Of a stretch of 64,000 nucleotides of DNA, positions 44,358 to 54,074 are shown piece by piece. Origin of the DNA: a virus. The first letter of the stretch is position 1. Every line of letters begins with the position of its first letter. The notes under the pieces were generated by a model, which saw only the letters and a list, made by a program, of their open reading frames with translations, was not told where the DNA came from and searched no databases. Position numbers and translations under genes: made by a program. The stretch covers positions 1 through 64,000 of IMG/VR virus record IMGVR_UViG_3300015263_000599; one strand, given 5' to 3'.

Positions 44358-44910
44358 TTCAGTCGCCACGCCCGAAAGTTCCCTCAAATCGTTCGCAGAA
44401 TCGTGTGCGAATCTATTGGTGGAACTCAATGAGCGAGTCGTGTTCGCTGAAAGCTGCACGGGTGGAATGTTGAGTTCCACACTGGCCGGGGTTCCCGGCA
44501 TTTCGAGTTACCACTGTGGTTCATTGGTGACTTATCGTCCAAATTCAAAGAGACGCTGGTTGGGAGTCAACAAGTCCACCATCAACCAGTACACCACCGA
44601 AAGCAATGAAGTGGTGGAAGAGATGGCGTTGGGGGCTCTCAAGATGACTCCCGAGGCCAGTTGGTCGGTCGCCATCGTCGGACATCTGGGGCCAGATGCG
44701 CCCAAAGACAAGGACGGCCATGTGTGGATCGCCATTGGTCGTCGTTCACGGAAAGGCAACCTCAAGGTGAAGTCGATTTCCGAGCATGTCCTCGCTGGCA
44801 CAGATCGCATTCTGCGTCAACGGGCTGCCACAGAGACCGCTCTCACCCTGTTTTCGAGAGCCTTGGTGAACAAGTCGAGCAAAGACAATGGCAAGCGTCG
44901 GACGGCTTAA
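44350..44910 (+). CDS. pncC: CinA C-terminal / PncC NMN deamidase family
   Basis: FAESCTGG, PGIS, VTY..SK, EMALGA, GHLGP, GHVWIAI. Confidence 0.88.
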   Translation: MSDSVATPESSLKSFAESCANLLVELNERVVFAESCTGGMLSSTLAGVPGISSYHCGSLVTYRPNSKRRWLGVNKSTINQYTTESNEVVEEMALGALKMTPEASWSVAIVGHLGPDAPKDKDGHVWIAIGRRSRKGNLKVKSISEHVLAGTDRILRQRAATETALTLFSRALVNKSSKDNGKRRTA

Positions 44911-45298
44911 AGAGATCGCCGAGCGGCAAATCCGCTCATGGCCTTTGTACGCCGACCGTCACAAAATTTGTGTTCGTGACATTGGGAACGGTGTCTGGCT
45001 GGGGTATCGAACATCCCCGTCCAACATCACCCATGGGACAAGCCATTTCGATGTCAACATCATTGGCAATGTCTTCTATGTCCTGTCTATCGCCGTCGCC
45101 CCAGAGGGGCGTGGCAAGGGGCACGGAGCGGCCCTCTACAGGGTCTTAGAAGACATCGCCTCGGAATGGGGTTGTCGAAGAGTCCAGATGACTCCCTCTG
45201 GATGTACATCAACTGGCGAAAGCCGAAAGGATTATCTGCTGCGACGAGGCTACAAGCCCTACGGCGACAGCGAAGTGATAAAGGTGCTGCATGACTGA
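44888..45298 (+). CDS. GNAT acetyltransferase
   Basis: IAVAPEGRGKGHGAALY...RRGY. Confidence 0.8.
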   Translation: MASVGRLKEIAERQIRSWPLYADRHKICVRDIGNGVWLGYRTSPSNITHGTSHFDVNIIGNVFYVLSIAVAPEGRGKGHGAALYRVLEDIASEWGCRRVQMTPSGCTSTGESRKDYLLRRGYKPYGDSEVIKVLHD

Positions 45299-45614
45299 GC
45301 AACGCAAACCCTTCACGCCCAAGCAGGCGGAAGACAAGAAGATCGAGGTCATTCCCCCTCAAGTCATCGAGGCTTTCGAGGAACTGATCGTCGAGAATCT
45401 CAGAGGCGGCACCGCCACCATCAAACAAGATGATGTGGTCAATCGGATTCACGAGAAGATGACAGGCGTGAAGACCCAAGAGATGTTCGACAAAGGATGG
45501 CTGGATGTCGAAGATCTCTTTCGCAAGGCTGGGTGGGAGGTCGAGTATGACAAACCCGGTTTCAATGAATCGTACCCGGCCACCTTCACCTTCTCGAAAA
45601 AGAGGAAACGATGA
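45291..45614 (+). CDS. Hypothetical phage protein
   Basis: 107-aa coupled ORF. Confidence 0.75.
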   Translation: MTEQRKPFTPKQAEDKKIEVIPPQVIEAFEELIVENLRGGTATIKQDDVVNRIHEKMTGVKTQEMFDKGWLDVEDLFRKAGWEVEYDKPGFNESYPATFTFSKKRKR

Positions 45615-46582
45615 GTAAGGAAATCGCAATCGTCATCGGCTACAATGCTGCCGGGAAAAGTACACTCGTGCGAGAGTTCGAGCAGGACGGATATCATCGA
45701 ATCAATCGTGACCTAACGGGCGGGACCATCGAGGCGCAGGTCGAGCTTGCTCGCAAAGCGTTAACGACCCATGACAGGGTTGTATTGGACAACACCTACC
45801 CCACGATTGAGAGTCGTGAGTCAATCGTGGCCCTCGGCCAACAAATGGGAATTCCCGTTCGCTGCGTTTGGCTCACGACATCTTTTGAAGACGCCCAACT
45901 CAATGCTTGTCTTCGCATGATGGAGCAGAGAGATCAGCTTCTCATGCCAGAGGATTTCAAGAAAGAGAAGAGTCCCAATCTCTTCCCGCCTGTCGCCCTC
46001 TTCACCTACAAGAACAAGTTCGAGAACAAGAAGGGCGAGCAGAAGCATCCCGGCAAGCAAGACCCCAAGAAAGAACACGGGTTCTTTGTGGTCGAAAAAC
46101 GCCCGTTCGTTCGCCAGTGGCCTGCGGAGTTCTGCAACAAGGCTTTGTTGCTCGACTACGACGATACGTTAAGGCGAAGCAAGGGCGATAAGAACTGGCC
46201 CGAGAAACCAGAAGATGTGGAGATCCTTCCGAACCGCAAAGAGGTTCTGGACGAGTATGTGGCTAATGGATGGAGGTTGCTGGGCGTCAGCAATCAGTCG
46301 GCCATTGCCAAGGGTCTTAAACGAGAAGACGCCGTTGCGTGCTTCGAGCGGACCAACGAACTTCTGGGGCACGACATCGAATACATGTTCTGTCCTCATC
46401 AAGTGCCGCCTGTGAATTGCTACTGTCGCAAACCACATCCGGGGATGGGAGCACACTTCATCTGGAAGTATAAGTTGCTGCCGAGTGCTTGTATTATGGT
46501 CGGCGACCAAACTTCTGACAAAACATTTGCGTCCCGATGCGGATTCGTGTATAAAGAAGCCGAAGAGTTCTTCGCTCTTTAA
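45611..46582 (+). CDS. Polynucleotide kinase/3'-phosphatase (AAA_33 + HAD-IIIA)
   Basis: GYNAAGKS, INRD, VLDNT; DYDDT, VSNQS, CRKPHPGM, MVGD..SD. Confidence 0.9.
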   Translation: MSKEIAIVIGYNAAGKSTLVREFEQDGYHRINRDLTGGTIEAQVELARKALTTHDRVVLDNTYPTIESRESIVALGQQMGIPVRCVWLTTSFEDAQLNACLRMMEQRDQLLMPEDFKKEKSPNLFPPVALFTYKNKFENKKGEQKHPGKQDPKKEHGFFVVEKRPFVRQWPAEFCNKALLLDYDDTLRRSKGDKNWPEKPEDVEILPNRKEVLDEYVANGWRLLGVSNQSAIAKGLKREDAVACFERTNELLGHDIEYMFCPHQVPPVNCYCRKPHPGMGAHFIWKYKLLPSACIMVGDQTSDKTFASRCGFVYKEAEEFFAL

Positions 46583-46668
46583 CACGGGTCAGTCGTCAGG
46601 GATAAGACCTTTGCGCCGTTCAGGGATTCGGAAGGCGGGCTGGCCCGCCTTTTTTCATGGAGACTCGC

Positions 46669-46809
46669 ATGATTAAAGGAATCGTTGCACTTCTGGTGTT
46701 CATCGCCGTGGTCTGGGGAGCCAGCCACTTCTTGCACCTTTCCTACTTCTGGAGTCTCGTGATTGCTTTTGGCGGCGTTTTTGCTCTGCGATCTGTAAGG
46801 AAACGCTGA
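46669..46809 (+). CDS. 46-aa 2-TM microprotein
   Basis: MIKGIVALLVFIAVVWG...; GGAG RBS, TGATG coupling to the AAA gene. Confidence 0.55.
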   Translation: MIKGIVALLVFIAVVWGASHFLHLSYFWSLVIAFGGVFALRSVRKR

Positions 46810-48536
46810 TGGAATTCGTCGCCGAACTCAAGCGAATCATCAATAGCGGCCTGTCCCGCTCTATCATTCTCACAGGCAACATCTACGACATCTTCTTTGA
46901 TGGCGAAGACTATGTGCCCGTGCTTAATCTTTTGGGCACAAAACTCAAAGCCGAGCCTAAAGAAGATCAGCGTGGCCTCACGCACATTGTATATGAACTC
47001 AACAACCCGATTGAGATCAGAGGGGAAGCTGCCCCCGGATCATATACGGGGGCCGATCTCCATGCGGCTTGGAACGTCATCCACTCGCCAGAGAAGAAGA
47101 AGCTGGCAGATCGACTCCTTGAGTCCAACGGCAACTCCACCTATGCTCTGGAACTTCTCAGACAACTCTCAGAAGTCAATCGTCGCTCCAGTAAGACGAG
47201 GAACAACCTGCTGATCATGGTTGAGTCGGCAGACATGCTCATCCCAGACTGCGAGATCAGCCGGATGAACATGCAGGATCGCCGCCGTGTCGCCATCGTC
47301 TATGACTGGTTCTCCGATCCAAAGTTTCTCAATAACGGCGATACCGCCATCTTTCTCTCGGAGTCACGATCCAGCTTGCACCACAGAGTCGCACGGCTTC
47401 CGCAAGTTGTTTCGGTCGAGATTCCTCTGCCTGACATGGAATCTCGAAAGGCGTTCCTCAAGTGGTTCGCCAAGAAGAAGAACATCACCGGTCTGAAGTA
47501 CGACGACATCGCCACAAAGACTTCTGGCCTGTCGCTGCACGCTCTGCGTCAATTGGTGCTGACCGGAGAAATCTCAGATGAAGCCATCGCCAAGAAGGTC
47601 GAAGAGTACATGATCTCACAACTCGGCGAAGGCGTCGTCGAGTTCAAGCGTCCTAAGCATAAAATGAAGGATGTGATCGGGAACCACAGAATCAAACAGT
47701 TCATGAAGAACGAACTGATCCCCGGCTTCCTCGATGGAGAGATCAGCGGCGCAGCCGTAGGTGGTCCTATTGGTGGCGGTAAGACATTCATCTGTGAAGC
47801 CGTCGCTGCCGAACTGGGCGTACCTGTCATCACCTTGAAGAATATCCGCTCGAAGTGGTTTGGTGAGACAGACAAGATCTTCGAACGTCTGGAACGATTG
47901 CTGGAGTGTTTCCACAAGATCGTCATCTTCGTCGATGAGGCCGACACTCAGTTTGGTAGCATCGAGGGTGGACATGAGACCGAACGGCGGCTCACTGGTA
48001 AGATTCAAGCCATGATGAGCGATGTGCGACTCAAAGGCCAGATTGTCTGGTTCCTGATGACGGCACGCATCCATCTGTTGAGCCCAGACATTCGGCGACC
48101 GGGCCGCATGGATTTGATCATTCCTATTCTGGACCCAGAGGGCGATGATCGTAGAGAGTTTCTGGCGTGGGTTGGCGAGTCACTACCCAACACATCGCCG
48201 AACTTACCTGCGGACACAAAGAAGTTAGCCAGCATCGAACTGTTGGATCGGTTGATCCCTCAAAACGCATCTGCTGCCATGTTTGCCATGATCCGGGCTC
48301 GGATCAAACGCTGTGCCGACTATGAAGAAGTGAAGGCCGCAGTCCACGATATGGTGTTGCCAGACATCGCTGAGGCCCGAGAATATCAGACCTTGCAGGC
48401 CAAGGTGAACTGCACTCGCAAGTCGCTTCTCTTTGACGAAGAGATGTTGGCGAAAATGGAAGACACACACTTCGAGGAGACTCGCAAGGGCTGGCGTGAA
48501 CAAATCCAAAAGTTGGAACGGAAGGGGATAGCATGA
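46809..48536 (+). CDS. AAA+ ATPase (Ycf46/SpoVK-like; inactive N-terminal plus active C-terminal module)
   Basis: GPIGGGKT, SKWFGET pore loop, IFVDEAD, RRPGRMD. Confidence 0.9.
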   Translation: MEFVAELKRIINSGLSRSIILTGNIYDIFFDGEDYVPVLNLLGTKLKAEPKEDQRGLTHIVYELNNPIEIRGEAAPGSYTGADLHAAWNVIHSPEKKKLADRLLESNGNSTYALELLRQLSEVNRRSSKTRNNLLIMVESADMLIPDCEISRMNMQDRRRVAIVYDWFSDPKFLNNGDTAIFLSESRSSLHHRVARLPQVVSVEIPLPDMESRKAFLKWFAKKKNITGLKYDDIATKTSGLSLHALRQLVLTGEISDEAIAKKVEEYMISQLGEGVVEFKRPKHKMKDVIGNHRIKQFMKNELIPGFLDGEISGAAVGGPIGGGKTFICEAVAAELGVPVITLKNIRSKWFGETDKIFERLERLLECFHKIVIFVDEADTQFGSIEGGHETERRLTGKIQAMMSDVRLKGQIVWFLMTARIHLLSPDIRRPGRMDLIIPILDPEGDDRREFLAWVGESLPNTSPNLPADTKKLASIELLDRLIPQNASAAMFAMIRARIKRCADYEEVKAAVHDMVLPDIAEAREYQTLQAKVNCTRKSLLFDEEMLAKMEDTHFEETRKGWREQIQKLERKGIA

Positions 48537-48877
48537 GCGACGACGCAAAGGACGCCATACCTGCCGGTTACTATCTCGAACAAGACAAACCCGGAAAGGT
48601 CTATCGAGCCTTCCGTCAAGGCCCGCCAATGCGGGTTACAGAATGTCAAGATTGGGAACAAGGAGATGCCATCGTCGTCGAGTATGAGGACATGGTGAAG
48701 TTGATGGAACGTGACATGTTCAATGCAGATGTGGACCCCACCGTGCGAATCTGCTTGGCTGTCAGTGATGCCCGCTTTCTGGTCGTTGGCTTGATACAAG
48801 CTCTCGCTGGTGGCGGTGACGTTGTGGCAAAGAAACTGGAAGAAGCACTGATTGAGGTCAGGGAAGATGACATCTGA
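48533..48877 (+). CDS. Hypothetical protein
   Basis: ATGA-coupled ORF. Confidence 0.7.
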   Translation: MSDDAKDAIPAGYYLEQDKPGKVYRAFRQGPPMRVTECQDWEQGDAIVVEYEDMVKLMERDMFNADVDPTVRICLAVSDARFLVVGLIQALAGGGDVVAKKLEEALIEVREDDI

Positions 48878-49127
48878 ATTCACGAAAGCTCAAAAAGTTT
48901 GGCAGGGCTTGAAGTATTTGGAAAATCAAGCCGCCATGCTCACAGGACGAGTGGACATCTGCGCCGAGCATGACACAATCTACTCCATGATCAACTATGA
49001 TCACCAGAATCCCACTGCGGAGCCAAAGGTTGCCGAGGTTCAACGGGACATGGTTGAGACCTTCGATTGGATGATTGACGAAGAAAACACATATACAGGC
49101 ACACTGGCTTTCAAAATCTTCGTCTAG
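48867..49127 (+). CDS. Hypothetical protein
   Basis: MTSEFTKAQKVWQG...ICAEHDTIY. Confidence 0.65.
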   Translation: MTSEFTKAQKVWQGLKYLENQAAMLTGRVDICAEHDTIYSMINYDHQNPTAEPKVAEVQRDMVETFDWMIDEENTYTGTLAFKIFV

Positions 49128-49915
49128 GTCCGCCGCTTCTGGTCTCGGAGCCTTCGAGGAATCCATGTGGACTCCGAATCCCTGTCGATCTTCCACGCAT
49201 CCGGCATGTGCTGCGGCTTCATCGTCTTGATGAAATGGATGCGCCAGTCTTTGGCAAACTCGTTGTAGTCGTCCACGCTGTAGGCGACGGTCTTTGATAT
49301 GTTGAAGTAGTCTGGCCGCTCCTTGATCTTGTGATCTCGAACGGTCTGCAAATCTTCAGCAGTGATCTCGTCTTTCCCAACGAACTCACAAACGATTTGT
49401 GTGAGTTCTTGCTTGCGATCTTCGGGAATCTTCTCGCTGTATTTCTGCAAGGCGGCAGCGGCCCCCATGGCTCGACGGATGTTGCGAAGCTCTTCGTCGG
49501 CCACACCGCAAACGGGGATGCCGAGATCTTTGGCCCATTGTTTTTTTCTTTCGAAGGCGATGCGTTCGTATTCGCCGTGGCAGTCCTCGCAGAGCAAGAA
49601 GATGTCTCGAACGACATCTACCTTATACTTCACTTCCATGTACTTGATGTAGCAGTACGGAATGATGTGATGCCGGGTCAAATCTTCTGTGCATCCACAG
49701 ACAACACAGAGATTCGGTTTGCCGTTCATCAGAAGGGGGTCGTTTGTTCCCTCTCGCCCTCTGGGTTCGAATCTGAGACGGATCGTTAGCGGGTCGTAAT
49801 CGACAATATCAGCCAAGTTCCGGCTGACGTACCAATCGACCTTTTTCTTGCCGCACCTACTGAGATTCTGTCCATCGGGTGCTTGGATGAGACAGTTATC
49901 GAATGAAACGCCCAT
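49124..49915 (-). CDS. HNH-like protein resembling the EXD2 C-terminal domain
   Basis: APDG..LSRC.KKKVDWYV, CVVCG...LTRHHIIPYCY...LLCEDCH, WRIHF..TMKPQHMP..W. Confidence 0.7.
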   Translation of the reverse strand: MGVSFDNCLIQAPDGQNLSRCGKKKVDWYVSRNLADIVDYDPLTIRLRFEPRGREGTNDPLLMNGKPNLCVVCGCTEDLTRHHIIPYCYIKYMEVKYKVDVVRDIFLLCEDCHGEYERIAFERKKQWAKDLGIPVCGVADEELRNIRRAMGAAAALQKYSEKIPEDRKQELTQIVCEFVGKDEITAEDLQTVRDHKIKERPDYFNISKTVAYSVDDYNEFAKDWRIHFIKTMKPQHMPDAWKIDRDSESTWIPRRLRDQKRRT

Positions 49916-51366
49916 CAGAAGTCAATCTTTTCTTTGATGGTAACGCTGTGTCCTTCTTGTTGCAACACTTCGATTCTCCATTCAGAATGTTTTCTGAGGT
50001 AGTCATTGATGACGAACAAGAAGTCATAGTATTTGAGGACTTCTTTGTCATCAGCAGTTCTGAGTCCACGACCCATTTGCTGGATGACGTTGTGTGCGCC
50101 TTCGCCGCCAGCGGCATTGATGAGATTGTGAATCTTGACATCGATGCCAGCCGTGATGATCGGCTTCATGATGATCGCAATGCACGACTCGCCTTTCTTG
50201 AGTGCGTTGATGACCGGCTCCCGTTCCTTCAGGGAGTTCTTGCCCTGAATCCAGTGAGCCTCGGGCAGCAACGACTTGAGATATTCACCCTGCTCGATTC
50301 GCTCGACGACGATGAGCGTGCGACCTTCTAGTGAGCGTGCCAGTCGCTTAACGATGTCGTGAAAGTGGAAGTTCTGTTCGATCCCCAGTTTGACTGCATC
50401 TTGGTAAGGCTCATATGCCAGATTGGGCCGGTCAATGGGATAGATCGTGCAATCGCTGTGGGCGAGGTCTCCACGATCCTGAAGTTCCTTCGTGGTCAAC
50501 AGACCTGATGATGTGACTTGCGTTTTGAAGACGGGGCCAAAGTAACCCTTCACGGTGTACTTGTGGCATTCATCGATCTTCTTCTTGTTCCATTTGAAAG
50601 GCGTGGCAGAGAAGCCGATTCTCACAGCCGCACTGCTCATCTTCTTATATGCTCGCATCGGGATGTCCGAGATACAGTCGTGAACTTCGTCCACAACCAA
50701 AGCTCGGAACTTCGGCAGCAACTTCTTGATTGAATCGAAGGTTTGTTTGTGTGCCGTGCAGCACATCACATAGTTGGGTTCTTTGTATCCGCCATACCAA
50801 CGACCCAGACCTTCTACGCCCCACTCTTTCATTTGCTGCCAGTTCTGATGAACCAAGCTGGCGTTCTTAGTGATAAACAGAGTTGGAGTTTTGGGAGGCA
50901 AAGATTTGAGTACAGAGATGAGAATGAATGTTTTGCCCGCACCGGTCGGAGCTTGTACGATTCCCCGGTTATACTTTAAGCACATGTTGACCAGATCAGA
51001 TTGGAAGTCACGCAGTGTGATCGGATCAAAGTCAGGCGGAAGCCATTCATTAAGAAACTGTTGATCGATGGAGTCGTATCGCCATTGAACGGCGTTTCTC
51101 TCGTCGATGAATGTATATGGCTTCTTTAAGAAACGGAGAGCGGCCCGGACTTCTGGGAGAAGTCCAGTCATGAATCGACCAGATTTTTTGTCGAAGAACT
51201 CCTTCCATCCGTCCCACTTCTTCCGCTTGTATGCAGCGTTGTGCCAATAGTTCTTTGGCCTGAAGCGAAGCTTGCGATGGAGGATATCGACCAGATCTGT
51301 GTCGGTAGTGATAAGTCGGCTGAAAACATTTTCAGCGTGCAAAACCGTCGTGGTTGTCATCGCCAT
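49915..51366 (-). CDS. uvsW: UvsW-like SF2 helicase
   Basis: LRDFQ, APTGAGKT, DEVH, GFSATP, TAGID, QQMGRGLR. Confidence 0.9.
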   Translation of the reverse strand: MAMTTTTVLHAENVFSRLITTDTDLVDILHRKLRFRPKNYWHNAAYKRKKWDGWKEFFDKKSGRFMTGLLPEVRAALRFLKKPYTFIDERNAVQWRYDSIDQQFLNEWLPPDFDPITLRDFQSDLVNMCLKYNRGIVQAPTGAGKTFILISVLKSLPPKTPTLFITKNASLVHQNWQQMKEWGVEGLGRWYGGYKEPNYVMCCTAHKQTFDSIKKLLPKFRALVVDEVHDCISDIPMRAYKKMSSAAVRIGFSATPFKWNKKKIDECHKYTVKGYFGPVFKTQVTSSGLLTTKELQDRGDLAHSDCTIYPIDRPNLAYEPYQDAVKLGIEQNFHFHDIVKRLARSLEGRTLIVVERIEQGEYLKSLLPEAHWIQGKNSLKEREPVINALKKGESCIAIIMKPIITAGIDVKIHNLINAAGGEGAHNVIQQMGRGLRTADDKEVLKYYDFLFVINDYLRKHSEWRIEVLQQEGHSVTIKEKIDF

Positions 51367-51430
51367 CCTTCCTTGGATATGTATGACAGTGTACCCGAAA
51401 ACGGCTTTCTTGGGAAAGAGGAATGCAGCT

Positions 51431-51459
51431 TTGACCGACCGCAAAAACTGCCGTATAAT
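51431..51459 (+). promoter_or_regulatory. Promoter TTGACC-N17-TATAAT
   Basis: Near-consensus sigma70 promoter upstream of the ArgRS-like gene. Confidence 0.7.
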
Positions 51460-51473
51460 GAGGGAAATTCCTT

Positions 51474-52778
51474 TTGTGCGGAGATGGCACCATGCTGCGA
51501 CCCATGCCTGCGAAATACGGTATCGGATTCACCTCACCAGAGCCCGTGGCTCCCGATCTGGTGGAAGGCTACCGGTATGAGCAGACAGGAAATCACCACA
51601 ACTACTTCGTCACCCCTCAGCGGTGGGATTGGCCCGAGAGATTCGATTTCGGGTCCGTCGCTCCGGTCATTGATGGGTTCTCTCCGAACCTCAATAAACA
51701 GTTGCACGTTGGGCACTTACGCAACCTTGCCCTCGCCAACTCCCTCTCTCGCATCCTGAAGAACGCAAAATTTGTATCGCTGCTTGGATGCAGTCTTGGA
51801 GTGCGTTTCGCAGCCCTCGAAGGCTGGAAGTATTGGACGGAATTCTTGGGGTTCCAGCCGGAAGTCTACTATGACTGTGCTCTGCCCGACGATCTGATCC
51901 CAACCAGAGAGCCAACAGTTGCCGAGGTTGAATCAGACCTAATCGATCCCAATGAAGGCGACGATCTGACATTGCCGGAATTATGGGATGGCCCCAATGG
52001 TCCGGTGATCGTTAAGCGATCCGACAAGCGACCACTCTATGCCTATCACGATCTGGCGTTCGCTCAGATCGTTGGTCCCGATCACTACATCACAGGCGAA
52101 GAACAAAAGATTCATTTCGCTTCGTTAGGTCTGGGTGACAAACACTTGCCAATGGGTTTGGTGTTGGGACTTGACGGCAAGAAGATGAAGTCTCGTGAAG
52201 GCGATGTCCTTCTGGCAACCGAGGCTGTGCAGATGGTTAAAGAGCATTTGCGACAAACACAGCACGCTGATCAACTGGCGTGGAACATTCTTGCTTGGAA
52301 CTTTTTACACACGGCCCGAAAGTCGAATCTGAAGTTTGAGGCTGAAAAATGGACGCAGCCAGATTCACCGGGAATGTACATCAGCTACACTTACGCTCGG
52401 ACGTGGAACGCATTGGAAGAAGCGGTCCCCCTTCGCAACCCCATTCCGATTGGCCCCTTTTATGGATTCGACCCGGATTACTTGAAAATCCTGAAGCGTT
52501 CGGGTTCCACTGTTGATACGGAAATCACAGAGATCGATCTCGACCTGTTAGGTCTTTCTGAGCAATACATCTTCTACTACCAGCAAGCCATCGAACGACT
52601 CGATCCGGCACCGGTTGCGAATTACGCTCATGACTTAGCCCGCCTAATCGGCGTGGCGTATGAGAGGGAGCGAATTCAAGAGGGTCGCCCTGTCTTCCAG
52701 CGTGCAATGGCACATGCGATCTGGCGTCTGGAACACTGCTTGCAAGATCTTGGCATGTTCAAGCTCCAAACAGTCTGA
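51474..52778 (+). CDS. argS: Compact arginyl-tRNA synthetase-like protein
   Basis: FSPNLNKQLHVGHLRN (HIGH), KRSD..PLY..DLA, GEEQ..HF, GKKMKSREG, YISYTYAR and DALR-like C-terminus; start uncertain. Confidence 0.85.
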   Translation: MCGDGTMLRPMPAKYGIGFTSPEPVAPDLVEGYRYEQTGNHHNYFVTPQRWDWPERFDFGSVAPVIDGFSPNLNKQLHVGHLRNLALANSLSRILKNAKFVSLLGCSLGVRFAALEGWKYWTEFLGFQPEVYYDCALPDDLIPTREPTVAEVESDLIDPNEGDDLTLPELWDGPNGPVIVKRSDKRPLYAYHDLAFAQIVGPDHYITGEEQKIHFASLGLGDKHLPMGLVLGLDGKKMKSREGDVLLATEAVQMVKEHLRQTQHADQLAWNILAWNFLHTARKSNLKFEAEKWTQPDSPGMYISYTYARTWNALEEAVPLRNPIPIGPFYGFDPDYLKILKRSGSTVDTEITEIDLDLLGLSEQYIFYYQQAIERLDPAPVANYAHDLARLIGVAYERERIQEGRPVFQRAMAHAIWRLEHCLQDLGMFKLQTV

Positions 52779-52855
52779 CTGATCTTGACTCCGGTGGTAC
52801 TTCTCCTATAAATTGGGTTGCGTCGTTCACGGACGAAACCCCATAGAAAGGAGTC

Positions 52856-54025
52856 GTGACCATGTTTCGATTCGGCAAACCTCTTGCTCTAGTGGTTGCC
52901 CTGCTTTTTCTCGGAGCAACGTGCTTCGAACATGGTGCGTATGCACAAAAGCGAAGCAGCGGTAGCAGCAGGCCCAGTTCGGGCAGCAGTCGGCCTTCTT
53001 CATCATCATCGAAGCCCAAGTACGGGTCTCCCAACAGCGGCAGCAAGCCGCCTTCTTCCAAGCCCCCATCGAGCAAGCCGCCTTCGACCAGCAGCGGTTC
53101 CAAGCCCAAGTTCGGTTCGCCAAACAGCGGCCAGTCTTCCAAGCCACCTGCAAGCAACAGCGGTTCCAAACCGCCTTCGACCAGCAGCGGCAGCAAGCCC
53201 AAATTCGGTTCGCCCAACAGTGGTCAGACCCCCTCGACAGGCAGTGGTTCCAAGCCGCCTTCGACCAGCAATAGTTCCAAACCCAAGTTCGGCTCGCCGA
53301 ATGCAGGGAACCCTTCTTCTCCCACTACTTCTCGGAATCCCAACACCAGCAGTCGCCCTCCCACTTCATCCAGCGGAGCCAAGGAGCGGGCTAATCAAGC
53401 GGCGACAAGCAAGCGGGTTTATCAGGAAACGCAGCGTGCAACTGCACCTCCGAAGCCGTCCTACACTACGTCGGATGGGCATACGGTCAATGTGCGGACA
53501 AATTCCGCTCATGTGCAAGCGATGCGAAGCAAACCATCCTCGTATTACACGCCCGCCGCACGACAGACTCGGATCACCAATCACATTCATCATTACCATT
53601 ACGCCCACGACTATAACTGGTACTACAGCCAGCCGCACTACTATGTCGGCGGTGGGTACAGTTCGTCATTCTGGTGGATGATGATGGAGTGGTCGGCTGA
53701 GCGACGAGCCAGATGGCTATACCATAATCGGTATAGCATCGAAGCGGCTGCATACCAACGTGGTTTGCAGGATGCCGCTGTTGCTGCACAGATTCAGCAG
53801 CTTGAGGCACAAAACGTGGCCCGTAACACGGACTATGTTGACCCCGAGTTTGCTGAAAATCCCAGCATGATGTATAGCCAAGAGTACATCGAAGCTGCTT
53901 ACAACCCCACGGTGCTATCACCGGGGTCAGATGCAGCATTGACAGTCCTTCTGTGGATAATCATCATTGGGGTGGTCGGGTATGCCATCTTCCTCTTCAT
54001 GACGAAGGTGAGATTCGGCAGGTAA
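52856..54025 (+). CDS. Exported low-complexity Ser/Pro/Lys-rich membrane protein
   Basis: Signal peptide AYA|Q, SKP repeats, Tyr/His/Trp-rich domain, C-terminal TM. Confidence 0.75.
   Translation: MTMFRFGKPLALVVALLFLGATCFEHGAYAQKRSSGSSRPSSGSSRPSSSSSKPKYGSPNSGSKPPSSKPPSSKPPSTSSGSKPKFGSPNSGQSSKPPASNSGSKPPSTSSGSKPKFGSPNSGQTPSTGSGSKPPSTSNSSKPKFGSPNAGNPSSPTTSRNPNTSSRPPTSSSGAKERANQAATSKRVYQETQRATAPPKPSYTTSDGHTVNVRTNSAHVQAMRSKPSSYYTPAARQTRITNHIHHYHYAHDYNWYYSQPHYYVGGGYSSSFWWMMMEWSAERRARWLYHNRYSIEAAAYQRGLQDAAVAAQIQQLEAQNVARNTDYVDPEFAENPSMMYSQEYIEAAYNPTVLSPGSDAALTVLLWIIIIGVVGYAIFLFMTKVRFGR
52955..53375 (+). repeat. Coding tandem repeats (4x KPK[FY]GSPN[SA]G plus SKPPS[ST] units)
   Basis: Repeated AAGCCCAAGTTCGGTTCGCC and AAGCCGCCTTCGACCAGCA variants. 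Confidence 0.8.
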
Positions 54026-54074
54026 CATCCTCAGTGTCAGGATGACAGGTTGTTGTCACACGAAAGGACTAAAC

